This document shows, piece after piece, positions 26,857 to 36,025 of a stretch of DNA of 64,000 bases. Positions within the stretch are counted from its first letter, which is position 1; each line of letters begins with the position of its first letter. The translations under genes and the position numbers were made by a program. A model generated the notes under the pieces. That model made no database searches and had not been told where the DNA came from. It saw nothing but the letters and a program-made list of their open reading frames with translations. Source of the DNA: Coprothermobacterota bacterium (lineage in GTDB: Bacteria > Coprothermobacterota > Coprothermobacteria > Coprothermobacterales > Coprothermobacteraceae); NCBI GenBank assembly GCA_036679065.1, contig JAZIGN010000003.1, positions 160,001-224,000 on the forward strand. The letters are read 5' to 3'.

Positions 26857-28479
26857 TTACTTACTTATTTGTTCCGTTATCTGCTGGTAAGCTTGGTTAG
26901 CAGCTTCTTGTGGACTGAGTTTGCCCTGATACACTGTGGGCAGAATCTGGTTAACTACAGACCATACTGCTTGCATCTCAGGTGCATTTGGTATGGGAAC
27001 ACCCTTCGCCGCCTGCGCTGAGAATACCTTTATAATGGGGTCATTGGCAACTGCAGTGTCGCTGTAAGCATTTACTGCTGCTGGCACATGGCCTATCTGC
27101 TTACCCAGGTAAGCTGCAGCATCAAAGTTAGATTGTCCCGGAGTGGCTCCCGTGAAGAACTTCATAAACTCTAATGCCGCCGGTTTATTCTTAGCGTACT
27201 TGGAAAGCATTGTAGACTCAATGGTTACGAATGGCTTACCACCCGGTATGACCATAACGCCCATTTTGTCACCTAATGCCTTCTTCAGGTTAGCGTACTC
27301 CCACGGTCCTGTAATAAAGAAAGCTGCCTTCTTGTTGGTGAACAAGCTCATGGATGTGCCGTAATCAGGTAACGACGACGGCATGACACCCTTGTTTTTC
27401 ATATCCACCAATGCCTGGAATGCCTTTACTGCACCGGCATTCTTTATTGGGGAAACATCCTTGTAATTAGTGCCGTTGAACACCCCTCCGCCCATGCCAA
27501 AATGCAGCCAACTTTCATGGTAGAAGTTGCCGGCATCAAAGACTAATGGGCTTCCTCCTGGTACGGGGTACTTTTGATGTGCATTAAGTAAATCGTTTAT
27601 GGACGTAGGCAATGTTTTAACAAAGTCTTTGTTGTAGAACAATGCGTCAGACTTTACTGACTCAGGTAAACCGTAAACCTTGCCAGCATATGAAACACCC
27701 TCCACAGAAGTGGTAAGGTAGTTAGCTCTGAGCACCAGTGTAGAAATATCTATGGGATCTATAAGCCCAGCCTTAGCAAACTGCCCTATCCAGTCGTGAG
27801 GTCCGATGACAATATCGGGGCCTTGTCCCTGAGGAGCAGCAGTAAGAAACTTGTTCTGTAGGTTGTTGAAGTCCACTGGAACTTGGTTCACTACTACATT
27901 TGGATAAGCTTTCTGGAACTCAGCAATGATTTTGTCCAATGCATCAGCCTCTGCAGTTCCTAAGCCCCAGCCATGCCACACGGTAATTGTGCCTTTTACA
28001 TTCTTGTTCACCGGCATGGCAGTGTCGAAGTTGGAAACAAGTACACGGTAGCTAACAGGATCCCACTTCACCTTGTAGCCCAACTGCTCTGATACAAATC
28101 TTACAGGAACCATGGTTCGACTATTGATGATCTTCGCTGGCACATCGATGGTTACTGTTTTGCCGTTAACAAGGACCTTATTGGAATTGATAGTTAAAAT
28201 GATAGTCTTGGTTCCCTGTGCAATGGTTACTTGACGCTTTACATCGTTCCAAGTGACCTTTGCTCCCATCTGTTCACTGATGAACCTTACAGGAACCAAG
28301 GTTCTAGAATTCTGTATGACTGGTGGTGAATCCAACTTCACTGGGGCAGTGTTTACATAAGCGGTAGTATCTCCTATGTACAATTCTAGAAGTTTGTTGG
28401 TTTGAGCAGTGGCTGGTAACACGGCTGCGAAGGCCACCAGCAGTGCAGCAATTACTAGGATGGTTAAAGTCTTTTTCAT
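26857..28479 (-). CDS. Maltodextrin-type solute-binding protein fused to an N-terminal stalk domain
   Basis: Sec signal without lipobox; 'RTLVPVRFISE' stalk domain; MalE-like 'GPDIVIGPHDWIG' and 'PNAPEMQAVW'. Confidence 0.88.
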   Translation of the reverse strand: MKKTLTILVIAALLVAFAAVLPATAQTNKLLELYIGDTTAYVNTAPVKLDSPPVIQNSRTLVPVRFISEQMGAKVTWNDVKRQVTIAQGTKTIILTINSNKVLVNGKTVTIDVPAKIINSRTMVPVRFVSEQLGYKVKWDPVSYRVLVSNFDTAMPVNKNVKGTITVWHGWGLGTAEADALDKIIAEFQKAYPNVVVNQVPVDFNNLQNKFLTAAPQGQGPDIVIGPHDWIGQFAKAGLIDPIDISTLVLRANYLTTSVEGVSYAGKVYGLPESVKSDALFYNKDFVKTLPTSINDLLNAHQKYPVPGGSPLVFDAGNFYHESWLHFGMGGGVFNGTNYKDVSPIKNAGAVKAFQALVDMKNKGVMPSSLPDYGTSMSLFTNKKAAFFITGPWEYANLKKALGDKMGVMVIPGGKPFVTIESTMLSKYAKNKPAALEFMKFFTGATPGQSNFDAAAYLGKQIGHVPAAVNAYSDTAVANDPIIKVFSAQAAKGVPIPNAPEMQAVWSVVNQILPTVYQGKLSPQEAANQAYQQITEQISK

Positions 28480-28607
28480 AACAATTCAACCTCCCTCCAA
28501 GAGTTATCTAAACAATTTATACCACAGTTTAAGGGAAGTATATGCTATGTTAATAACATTTAATTAATGTGATCTCCTGCGGAAGTGTTCTTTGCTGCCT
28601 TTGTCGC

Positions 28608-30062
28608 TCATACCCGCGTATGCTTCCAGGCACCCGATTTGTACCTGCTGTAGATGAACACCGCTCTAAAAGCTTGGTCGCACAACTGAGCCACCCAAGC
28701 ACCCATGAGGCCCATGCCCATGGCGATGAACACGTGCACCAGTACAACTCTGATACCCCAAATACCAATGGCAGTGGAGTAAAGTGGCCAACGTGTATCA
28801 CCGGCGCCACGAAGGGCTCCAGCCAATATGAACTGAGTGGATTGCATGGGCTGCATTATGGCAAGTATTTTCAAAGCGTTTGCTGCTGCTCGAGCTACCT
28901 CTGGCTCATCAGTGTAAAGAAGTGCCACATCGTAGCCGAAGAAGAACAGCACAATGGCAATGGCCAAAGCAATTATGAGCCCCATCCTTCTTGCAGCTAA
29001 GCCCGCCTTCTCTGCCACATCGGGGTGCTTGGCACCCAAACTCTGGCCCACCATGGTAGTAGCCGCCATACCGAAAGCCTGCCCAGGGGTGAAAGTCAAA
29101 GAAGAAATGTTCACAGCCGTTTGGTGTGCGGCATACACCGCGGTGCCCAAACCAGCCACGGCACGAGAGAAAAAAACTTGACCCAACCGGAGAAGGAACT
29201 GCTCCATGGCAGAAGGAAGACCAATGCTGATTAAACGCTCTAAGAGATTCTTGTCGATGCGGTAATCGTCCTTAAGGGACACACCGATGATCTTGTTCTT
29301 ATTAAATATGGCTCGAAGTGCAAGGAACGCAGCCACGCCACGGCACAGTGTAGTGGATAACGCTGCTCCTGCCACGCCCATGGCAGGGAATCCAAACTTA
29401 CCAAAAATAAGCACATAATTTCCAAACACGTTAAGCAGGTTCGAAAAGAGGTTGTAGCGCATGGGTGTCATGGTGTCCCCGCTTCCCCTGAGAATAGCCC
29501 CAATATTCAGTGAGATTGTGGTAAAAAGCCATCCGAGGGAAACAATCTGCAAATAGCTCACGCTCATGGGGTAAACGTCAGGTTCTGCCCTCATAAAAGT
29601 GACTATGGCAGGAGAAAGCAAATAGCCGCCAATGGAAACTACCACGCCCAATATGGTTACCAAGACCAATGACTGACGTACTGTGGCTTTGGCATTCTTG
29701 ATGTCACCAGGACCGATAAAGCGTGCTACTAAGGCCGTACTGCCCACGTTTAGCGCTTGAAAAACAGCCAATGCCAGCATGGTAGGATGGTTGGTAAGGC
29801 CCACCGCCGTCAGGGCTTGGTAGCTTATGCGTCCTACCATGATCATGTCAACCATGCTAAACAGCGTACTTAGCAATAGCTCCACCATGGCAGGCCATGC
29901 TAATTGCCATACTCGCTTGCTTATGAGTTTTGGATTCTCAGCAAGCTCTTCAATGGAAATAACTTCTGATGTACTCCTACTTGGTGCTTCTATATCAGTT
30001 TCAGTTGATTTGTAATCTTCCAGGTTCTCTTCCTGGGGTGCTATGTATTCCGGTTTGTCCAA
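28608..30062 (-). CDS. MATE family efflux transporter
   Basis: LAWP, VDMIMVG, 'LRGSGDT..P' and 'LRGAGDT' twin-domain motifs. Confidence 0.92.
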   Translation of the reverse strand: MDKPEYIAPQEENLEDYKSTETDIEAPSRSTSEVISIEELAENPKLISKRVWQLAWPAMVELLLSTLFSMVDMIMVGRISYQALTAVGLTNHPTMLALAVFQALNVGSTALVARFIGPGDIKNAKATVRQSLVLVTILGVVVSIGGYLLSPAIVTFMRAEPDVYPMSVSYLQIVSLGWLFTTISLNIGAILRGSGDTMTPMRYNLFSNLLNVFGNYVLIFGKFGFPAMGVAGAALSTTLCRGVAAFLALRAIFNKNKIIGVSLKDDYRIDKNLLERLISIGLPSAMEQFLLRLGQVFFSRAVAGLGTAVYAAHQTAVNISSLTFTPGQAFGMAATTMVGQSLGAKHPDVAEKAGLAARRMGLIIALAIAIVLFFFGYDVALLYTDEPEVARAAANALKILAIMQPMQSTQFILAGALRGAGDTRWPLYSTAIGIWGIRVVLVHVFIAMGMGLMGAWVAQLCDQAFRAVFIYSRYKSGAWKHTRV

Positions 30063-30330
30063 TCGACAGACACCTCCTTGATAGCTATGAACTGACCTTC
30101 TCTGAGACGCCTACCAGAAACGGTTTGAAACGGTTTGTAGGCAAAATATTTTGCTTTACAAAACGATATTATATATAATACACTGTTTTACTCAAACTTG
30201 AAAGCAGCAGTGCGGTTAAGAAGCTTGCAGTTTCTTTGAGTGCGGCACCCGCCTTAGCCAGAAAAAAAGTAAGGGCTCACCCTCCTAAGGGCAAGCCCAG
30301 TGACCCTTTACTTTAGCTAATCAATGATTT

Positions 30331-30537
30331 TTAGCCTTTTATGAAATCAGAAACTTTGTATTTTTCTCCTGAAAGCTCTTCTAACCTTACTTCTACCACA
30401 TCGTCCAAGGAGAGCTTACGCGAACGCCGAGTTTCTACGGCACCGTTAACGTAAACCAAGCCTTCTTGTACAAGGTGTTTTGCCTCGCCCCCAGATATGT
30501 TGAGAACAATTTTCAAGAACTGCTGCAGTTCAATCAT
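30331..30537 (-). CDS. yaaA: S4-domain RNA-binding protein (YaaA-like)
   Basis: 'LQQFLK....SGGEAK...G.V.VNG.VETRRSRKL'; follows dnaN. Confidence 0.85.
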   Translation of the reverse strand: MIELQQFLKIVLNISGGEAKHLVQEGLVYVNGAVETRRSRKLSLDDVVEVRLEELSGEKYKVSDFIKG

Positions 30538-30564
30538 GATGGCAAAGAGCACCCGCCGTCAGGA

Positions 30565-31650
30565 TCAGAGCTTCATGGGCATAACCAAACCCACGTAGTT
30601 TTCTGATGCCTCTGGCCTAATTACAATGGGATGGAGTGGACTGGTTAGCCCGAGCAACACGTTATCTTCATCAATGCCAGAAAGCACGTCCTGCAAATAA
30701 GCATAATTGCAAGCTATTTTCAAATCAGAACCTTCTTTCTCCACAGGAATACTCTCCACAAAGGACCCCAGCTCTGGTACCTCAGCAGCAATGGTTAAAC
30801 TGTTATCTTCAAGCGTAAGACGTACAGCGTCATCATAGGTTTTTGCAAGCATACCCGCACGGTCAAGCACATCACCCATGGTCTTCTTTGAAAGCCTAAC
30901 AGTGGTCTCCACGGTTTTCGGTATTACACTTCTCCAAGGCGGGTACTGCCCTTCTAACGTGCGAACAACCGCATAGATGACTTCATTTTCAAAAGCAACT
31001 TCGCCCTCTCCAAAGGTCACATATGCCACACTCCCAGTATTGACGAGCGTATCGCAAACATCGCTGAGCACATCAGCAGGCAGGCAAGCTGTATCGGTTA
31101 CCTGTAGATCTGTTTTGCAGGCAGCCAATCGGTGGCCATCGGTGCCAACTGCGATGAGAACACCTTCTGATCCATCCAGCAGGATGCCTTCCAAAACTGG
31201 ATTTCTTAGCTCACCTTTTGACACGTTCTTTTTTACCGCGTCCACAGCTTTTTTGAGAGTAGCAGTATCAACAGTAAATGTGTTCCCCTGGAGCACCTCT
31301 AGCTCTGGGTATTCCTCAGGTGGAAGGGTTGAAAGTTTTAGTGAGGCAGTGCCAGAGGAAACCAATAAGAAGTTATCACCTAATTCCAAATTAACTTCAG
31401 AACCAGGAGCTTTCTTGATAAAATCGCTAAAAAACTTGGCAGGGACTGTTGTGCGTAGTTCTTCTGATGACTCCAATGGTATTTTGTATGAAAGAGCACT
31501 TTTCATATCAGTCCCGGTTATCTTCAGAGCACCGTCGGTGGTTTCCAGTAGTATGTTGTACAAAACCGGCTGAGTGGTTTTCTTGGGAACATGCCTGAGC
31601 ACGGCTTCTAAAGACTGAATAAACTGGTCTTTCCCTAATGTTATTGGCAT
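30565..31650 (-). CDS. dnaN: DNA polymerase III beta clamp
   Basis: 'TDGHRLA', 'LEGQYP' and terminal 'LVMPM'; ATG at 31650 after GGAGG. Confidence 0.95.
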   Translation of the reverse strand: MPITLGKDQFIQSLEAVLRHVPKKTTQPVLYNILLETTDGALKITGTDMKSALSYKIPLESSEELRTTVPAKFFSDFIKKAPGSEVNLELGDNFLLVSSGTASLKLSTLPPEEYPELEVLQGNTFTVDTATLKKAVDAVKKNVSKGELRNPVLEGILLDGSEGVLIAVGTDGHRLAACKTDLQVTDTACLPADVLSDVCDTLVNTGSVAYVTFGEGEVAFENEVIYAVVRTLEGQYPPWRSVIPKTVETTVRLSKKTMGDVLDRAGMLAKTYDDAVRLTLEDNSLTIAAEVPELGSFVESIPVEKEGSDLKIACNYAYLQDVLSGIDEDNVLLGLTSPLHPIVIRPEASENYVGLVMPMKL

Positions 31651-31942
31651 AACGCGTGTACCTCCCCACAACTGTTTATTCGTATGGCTCTTAAACTTTT
31701 CGAGTGCATTCAAGTTATCTTCGTTCCTGTGTGCTTTGTGTGTTCTTGCCTTACTATGTAATTTTAGCACAGGCGCCTTCGCCTGGTTCTATCAGCTTTA
31801 GCAAGTAAGAAGGAATATGAGGTTCCTTGCACTATCTGCTCTGCACTCTCACACATGACATCCCCTTTCTCTTTCTTAGTTCATGGGCTTAAAATTCTTT
31901 GTTTATAATCATGAATAACTAATGGAAGGAGGCTGATAGATT

Positions 31943-32731
31943 TTGTCAACCCCTTGGGCAGTAATGTGGGGCATACTCATCCCGTTCATCGGAACATCAG
32001 CTGGCGCGATTTCAGTACTAATGATGAAAAAAGAACCAAAGCCTTCTTTGCAGAACTTTCTTTTAGGGTTTTCTGCTGGGGTCATGATCGCTGCATCAGT
32101 TTGGTCCTTACTCATTCCCTCCATAGAAATGTCTGAGCACCTGGGGAGATTCGCCTGGTTACCAGCAGCAGCCGGTTTTTTACTGGGTGTGTTTTTCCTA
32201 CTATTCCTGGATAACGTTATCCCACACCTTCACTTTGATCAAGAGTCGCCAGAAGGACCAAGATCCAATTTGCAGCGTGTGACCATGTTGGTATTAGCCG
32301 TCACACTTCACAACATCCCAGAAGGTATGGCAGTGGGTGTTTTGTTCGCCAGTGCCTTACAAGGCTCAGCTCAAACAACTTTTGCTGCCGCTTTTGTACT
32401 TTCTCTGGGCATTGCTCTTCAGAACATACCTGAAGGAGCGATAATTTCCCTCCCTTTGAGAGCAGAAGGAATGTCGTTGAGTAAATCCGTCGTTTACGGT
32501 GTTCTCTCAGGAGTAGTTGAACCCATTGCAGCGATTATTACTTTGCTATTGACCAACGTGGTAGTTAGCATTCTTCCTTACCTTTTAGCTTTTGCAGCTG
32601 GTGCCATGATTTACGTTGTAGTAGAAGAACTCATCCCTGAATCACAGACCGGACCACATTCTAATGTGAGTACGATTGGGGTAACCTTTGGGTTTGTGAT
32701 CATGATGATCCTTGATGTGGCTCTTGGTTAG
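31943..32731 (+). CDS. ZIP family metal transporter
   Basis: HNIPEG and QNIPEG motifs; 'AFAAGAMIYVVVEELIPE'. Confidence 0.92.
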   Translation: MSTPWAVMWGILIPFIGTSAGAISVLMMKKEPKPSLQNFLLGFSAGVMIAASVWSLLIPSIEMSEHLGRFAWLPAAAGFLLGVFFLLFLDNVIPHLHFDQESPEGPRSNLQRVTMLVLAVTLHNIPEGMAVGVLFASALQGSAQTTFAAAFVLSLGIALQNIPEGAIISLPLRAEGMSLSKSVVYGVLSGVVEPIAAIITLLLTNVVVSILPYLLAFAAGAMIYVVVEELIPESQTGPHSNVSTIGVTFGFVIMMILDVALG

Positions 32732-32754
32732 TATTTTCCTCTTTTCCCGTTTTT

Positions 32755-33005
32755 CTATGATTACTAGTATTTTTAAGTTTACTCAAAAATCTTTTCCGTC
32801 GTCGTAGTATAACTGTGTAGGTTGTGGAAAACTTTGAAAAAACGTGTATATAAAGGCTGTGCATACTGTGGAAAACCTGTGGATTATTCTCCACAGTATG
32901 CACCCAAGAATTGAATCATAGAAAGTTATCCACAATATCCCCAGTTTTTCTATCTTTGTTCCACAGAAACTTTGGGTTATTCCACAAAACGGTTCTCCAC
33001 TTACA
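32755..33005. other. oriC: oriC, region downstream of dnaA (DnaA boxes plus AT-rich segment)
   Basis: Perfect TTATCCACA at 32926-32934 and several TGTGGA/TCCACA variants; AT-rich stretch at about 32755-32795. Confidence 0.8.
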
Positions 33006-33009
33006 TGAG

Positions 33010-34335
33010 TTACAGTAAATTAAGTCTTTTCTTGATGTCATTGACGTAATGCCTTATGGAAACATTGTTGAGCTGTGCATCCTTGATTTTGGTTATGGCG
33101 TACATAACAGTGGTGTGGTCTTTCTTGTTGAAAAAAGCCGCAATTTCTGGATAAGACATGTCGGTGTACTGGCGAATAAGATACATGGCGATTTGTCTCG
33201 GCATAACCAAATCTTGGTTTCTCTTACTGGACTTTAAGTCATCCAGCGTCATACCAAAATAAGACGCTACCTGCTCTGCTATGGTTTGCGCGTTTAAGAC
33301 GGGACTTTGGTTTGTACTAACATCGCCCAATGCCTGCTTTGCTAGGCCCAAGGTTAGGGGAACATTTTGAAGGGTGGCTAAGGCGATAACTTTTGTCAAA
33401 GCGCCCTCCAGCTCTCTGATGTTTGTTGTCACAGCGTGAGCAATGAATTCTATGACTTCACTTGGTACGTCCAGCCCTTCTTTTTGGGCTTTACGCTCCA
33501 GTATGGCAACTCTTGTCTCGAAGTCAGGTCTCTGTATGTCCACAGTTAGCCCTTGCTGGAAGCGGCTTCTAAGCCTGTCTTCCAATAGTGTTAGTTCTTG
33601 TGGCGGGTGGTCGCTGGTGATTACAATTTGTTTTCCAGCCTGGTACAACGTGTTAAATGTGTGGAAGAACTCCGTCTGAGTGGCTTCCTTGCCGGCGATG
33701 AACTGAATATCGTCTATGAGAAGAACATCCACTGTTCTGTAGTGTGCACGGAAGTCTTCTGGGCTATTCTTCTTAATGCTTTCCACCATTTCGTTAGTGA
33801 ATTCTTCAGCAGTGATGTACAGTACCTGCATGTCTGGCTCCTGCTGCTGAAGGAGGTGGTTGCCTATGGCGTGTAGCAGGTGGGTTTTACCTAGCCCTAC
33901 GCCTCCCCAAATGAAAAGGGGATTAAACCTTTTTCCGGGGCTTTCAGCCACCGCACGAGCTCCTGCGTAGGCAAGTCTGTTGGAATCTCCTACGACAAAC
34001 TCGTCAAAGGTGTAGCGTGGGTTAAGTCTGATGAGCGACCTGGGCTTTCCCCTTTTTACGGGATTATCAGAGAAAACATCACTTGTGGGTTTCTTTTGGA
34101 CGATGACTTCTACTTCCAGTGCCATGCCTGTGATGCGCCTTAATGCTTCCTTTACTATGGGCATGTAGTTTTCTTCAATGTAGTCTTTTGCAGTATCCGA
34201 GGATACTGATATGGTCACTTTGTCTTCCCTAAGACTGTCAATGGCACTGTCTTTGAACCACATTTCAAAAGCCGGTTTGCTTACGTATTTCTGGATTTCC
34301 TGCAAAAACCTTTTCCAGAGCTCTTTTGGGTCCAT
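33010..34335 (-). CDS. dnaA: Chromosomal replication initiator
   Basis: NPLFIWGGVGLGKTHL, LLIDDIQF, RELEGAL and 'DHTTVMYA'; ATG at 34335 after GGAGGTG. Confidence 0.98.
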   Translation of the reverse strand: MDPKELWKRFLQEIQKYVSKPAFEMWFKDSAIDSLREDKVTISVSSDTAKDYIEENYMPIVKEALRRITGMALEVEVIVQKKPTSDVFSDNPVKRGKPRSLIRLNPRYTFDEFVVGDSNRLAYAGARAVAESPGKRFNPLFIWGGVGLGKTHLLHAIGNHLLQQQEPDMQVLYITAEEFTNEMVESIKKNSPEDFRAHYRTVDVLLIDDIQFIAGKEATQTEFFHTFNTLYQAGKQIVITSDHPPQELTLLEDRLRSRFQQGLTVDIQRPDFETRVAILERKAQKEGLDVPSEVIEFIAHAVTTNIRELEGALTKVIALATLQNVPLTLGLAKQALGDVSTNQSPVLNAQTIAEQVASYFGMTLDDLKSSKRNQDLVMPRQIAMYLIRQYTDMSYPEIAAFFNKKDHTTVMYAITKIKDAQLNNVSIRHYVNDIKKRLNLL

Positions 34336-34337
34336 GT

Positions 34338-34445
34338 TGTCCACACCTCCTGTGGAAAATTCTATCACATATCCACAGCTTACTAAAAAGTTATCCACAT
34401 TTTCCACAGGGCTCTGTGGAAAACCCACAAAAAAGTTCCAACACC
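34338..34445. promoter_or_regulatory. DnaA-box cluster upstream of dnaA
   Basis: TTATCCACA at 34391-34399 plus ATATCCACA, TTTCCACA and two TGTGGAAAA. Confidence 0.82.
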
Positions 34446-34453
34446 CTTTTCCA

Positions 34454-34469
34454 TGTTCCACGTGGAACA
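34454..34469. other. parS: parS centromere-like site
   Basis: Perfect palindrome TGTTCCACGTGGAACA matching the ParB/Spo0J consensus. Confidence 0.9.
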
Positions 34470-34591
34470 TTTGCACTAAAGGCTGTTCAAAACAGCGCAA
34501 AAGCCAGTATTACGATCAATAAAGAAAAAACGCATTACTGGGGGTAAAACGTGTATATAATAGCTGTGTATATCAAGGAGGTGGGTTTCAG

Positions 34592-36025
34592 TTGAAAGAT
34601 TTCCTCGAACGTTTAGTTCAGAAGGCTTTAGACCAGGGTGCAACTTACGCTGATGCCAGACGGGTACGCAGAAGAACCGAAGACATATTCGTCCGTGATG
34701 GTAAATTGGAACAAGTTCAGCTTGCGGAGACGGAAGGTTATAACCTCAGGGTGCTAGTGGAAGGTTCTTTTGGTTTTGCTGCCAGTTACGATTTTGATAG
34801 TCCCGAGAAGGTGGTTTCTGAAGCAGTTGGTATTGCCAGAGCTTCTGCCAAAGTTAATAAGAAGAAGATTGAATGGCATCAGCAAGCTCCAGTTAGTGGA
34901 CATTATGAAGGTCCCATGGAAATTGATCCATTCAAGGTACCACTGGATAAGAAGGTAAGCGTGCTGCTGGAAGCGGACAAAATCATGGCGGCAAAGCCGC
35001 AGATAAAGCACCGCGAGCATTTTTTACAGTTTTGGGAAGAGGAAAAGGAGTTTTTCAGCTCTGAAGGCTCTTATGTGACTCAACATTATGTAGAGTCAGG
35101 CGGGCAAATTCAGTGTACTGCCATGGAAGGCACACAAATGCAAGTAAAGAGTTATCCCAATTCTTTTGGCGTTTTTCGTAAAGCTGGCTGGGAGTTCATC
35201 GAAGAGATGGATTTTGTACATCACGCTGAAGAAGTGGCTGACCTGGCCGTGGCACTCTTAACAGCACCAAATTTACCGCAGGGCGTGGCAAACATTATCA
35301 TACTGGGTCCCCAGCTTTCACTCCAAGTACATGAGTCCGTTGGTCATGCCACTGAACTGGATCGTGTGCTGGGTTACGAGGCATCTTACGCAGGAACATC
35401 GTTCGCGACCTTGGACAACCTGGGGAAACTTCACTATGGTAGCAAAGCCATGAACATTACCAGCGATCCCACATTGCCTTATGGGTTAGGCAGTTTCGGT
35501 TGGGACGATGAAGGGACACCGGCCCATCAGGTTTACCTAATCAGGGAAGGTCTGTTGGTGGACTACTTAAGCGACCGAGAAACCGCTGCTCAAATAGGAC
35601 ACAGTTCTTCAGGCGCGAGCAGAGCTGACGGTTGGTGGTCCTTGCCCATCGTTCGAATGACCAACGTAAGTTTACTACCTGGTGATAAGACCTTAGAAGA
35701 GCTCATGGACATGGCTGGCAATGGCTACATGTTTGACATAAACAAGAACTGGTCCATTGACGACAAGCGTTTGAACTTCCACTTTGGTGCTGAAGCAGCG
35801 TGGGAGATCAAAAACGGTAAGAAGGGGAAACTGTACAAGAATCCGTCTTACTGGGGCATAACGCCGGAGTTCTGGAACAGCTTGGTAGCCGTGGCAGGTC
35901 CTCAGGAATGGCGTGTTTGGGGTTTACCCAATTGTGGCAAGGGAGAACCCGGACAAACCATGCGCGTGGCTCATGGCACAGCTCCTGCGCTGTTTAAGAA
36001 CATAAAGGTAGGTGGCAACGAATGA
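34592..36025 (+). CDS. tldD: TldD metalloprotease
   Basis: HESVGH zinc motif, DDEG, RMTN and the C-terminal CGK ligand. Confidence 0.92.
   Translation: MKDFLERLVQKALDQGATYADARRVRRRTEDIFVRDGKLEQVQLAETEGYNLRVLVEGSFGFAASYDFDSPEKVVSEAVGIARASAKVNKKKIEWHQQAPVSGHYEGPMEIDPFKVPLDKKVSVLLEADKIMAAKPQIKHREHFLQFWEEEKEFFSSEGSYVTQHYVESGGQIQCTAMEGTQMQVKSYPNSFGVFRKAGWEFIEEMDFVHHAEEVADLAVALLTAPNLPQGVANIIILGPQLSLQVHESVGHATELDRVLGYEASYAGTSFATLDNLGKLHYGSKAMNITSDPTLPYGLGSFGWDDEGTPAHQVYLIREGLLVDYLSDRETAAQIGHSSSGASRADGWWSLPIVRMTNVSLLPGDKTLEELMDMAGNGYMFDINKNWSIDDKRLNFHFGAEAAWEIKNGKKGKLYKNPSYWGITPEFWNSLVAVAGPQEWRVWGLPNCGKGEPGQTMRVAHGTAPALFKNIKVGGNE

Noticed and set aside
31764..31856. 30-codon minus-strand ORF between ZIP and dnaN
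   Set aside because: Only a weak RBS, no recognisable motif, and it lies in a likely promoter region.
34336..34500. N-terminal extension of DnaA in the ORF track (similar extensions for dnaN, pcrA, trpA, asd)
   Set aside because: The extensions run through DnaA boxes, parS, terminators or intergenic sequence; better starts lie downstream.
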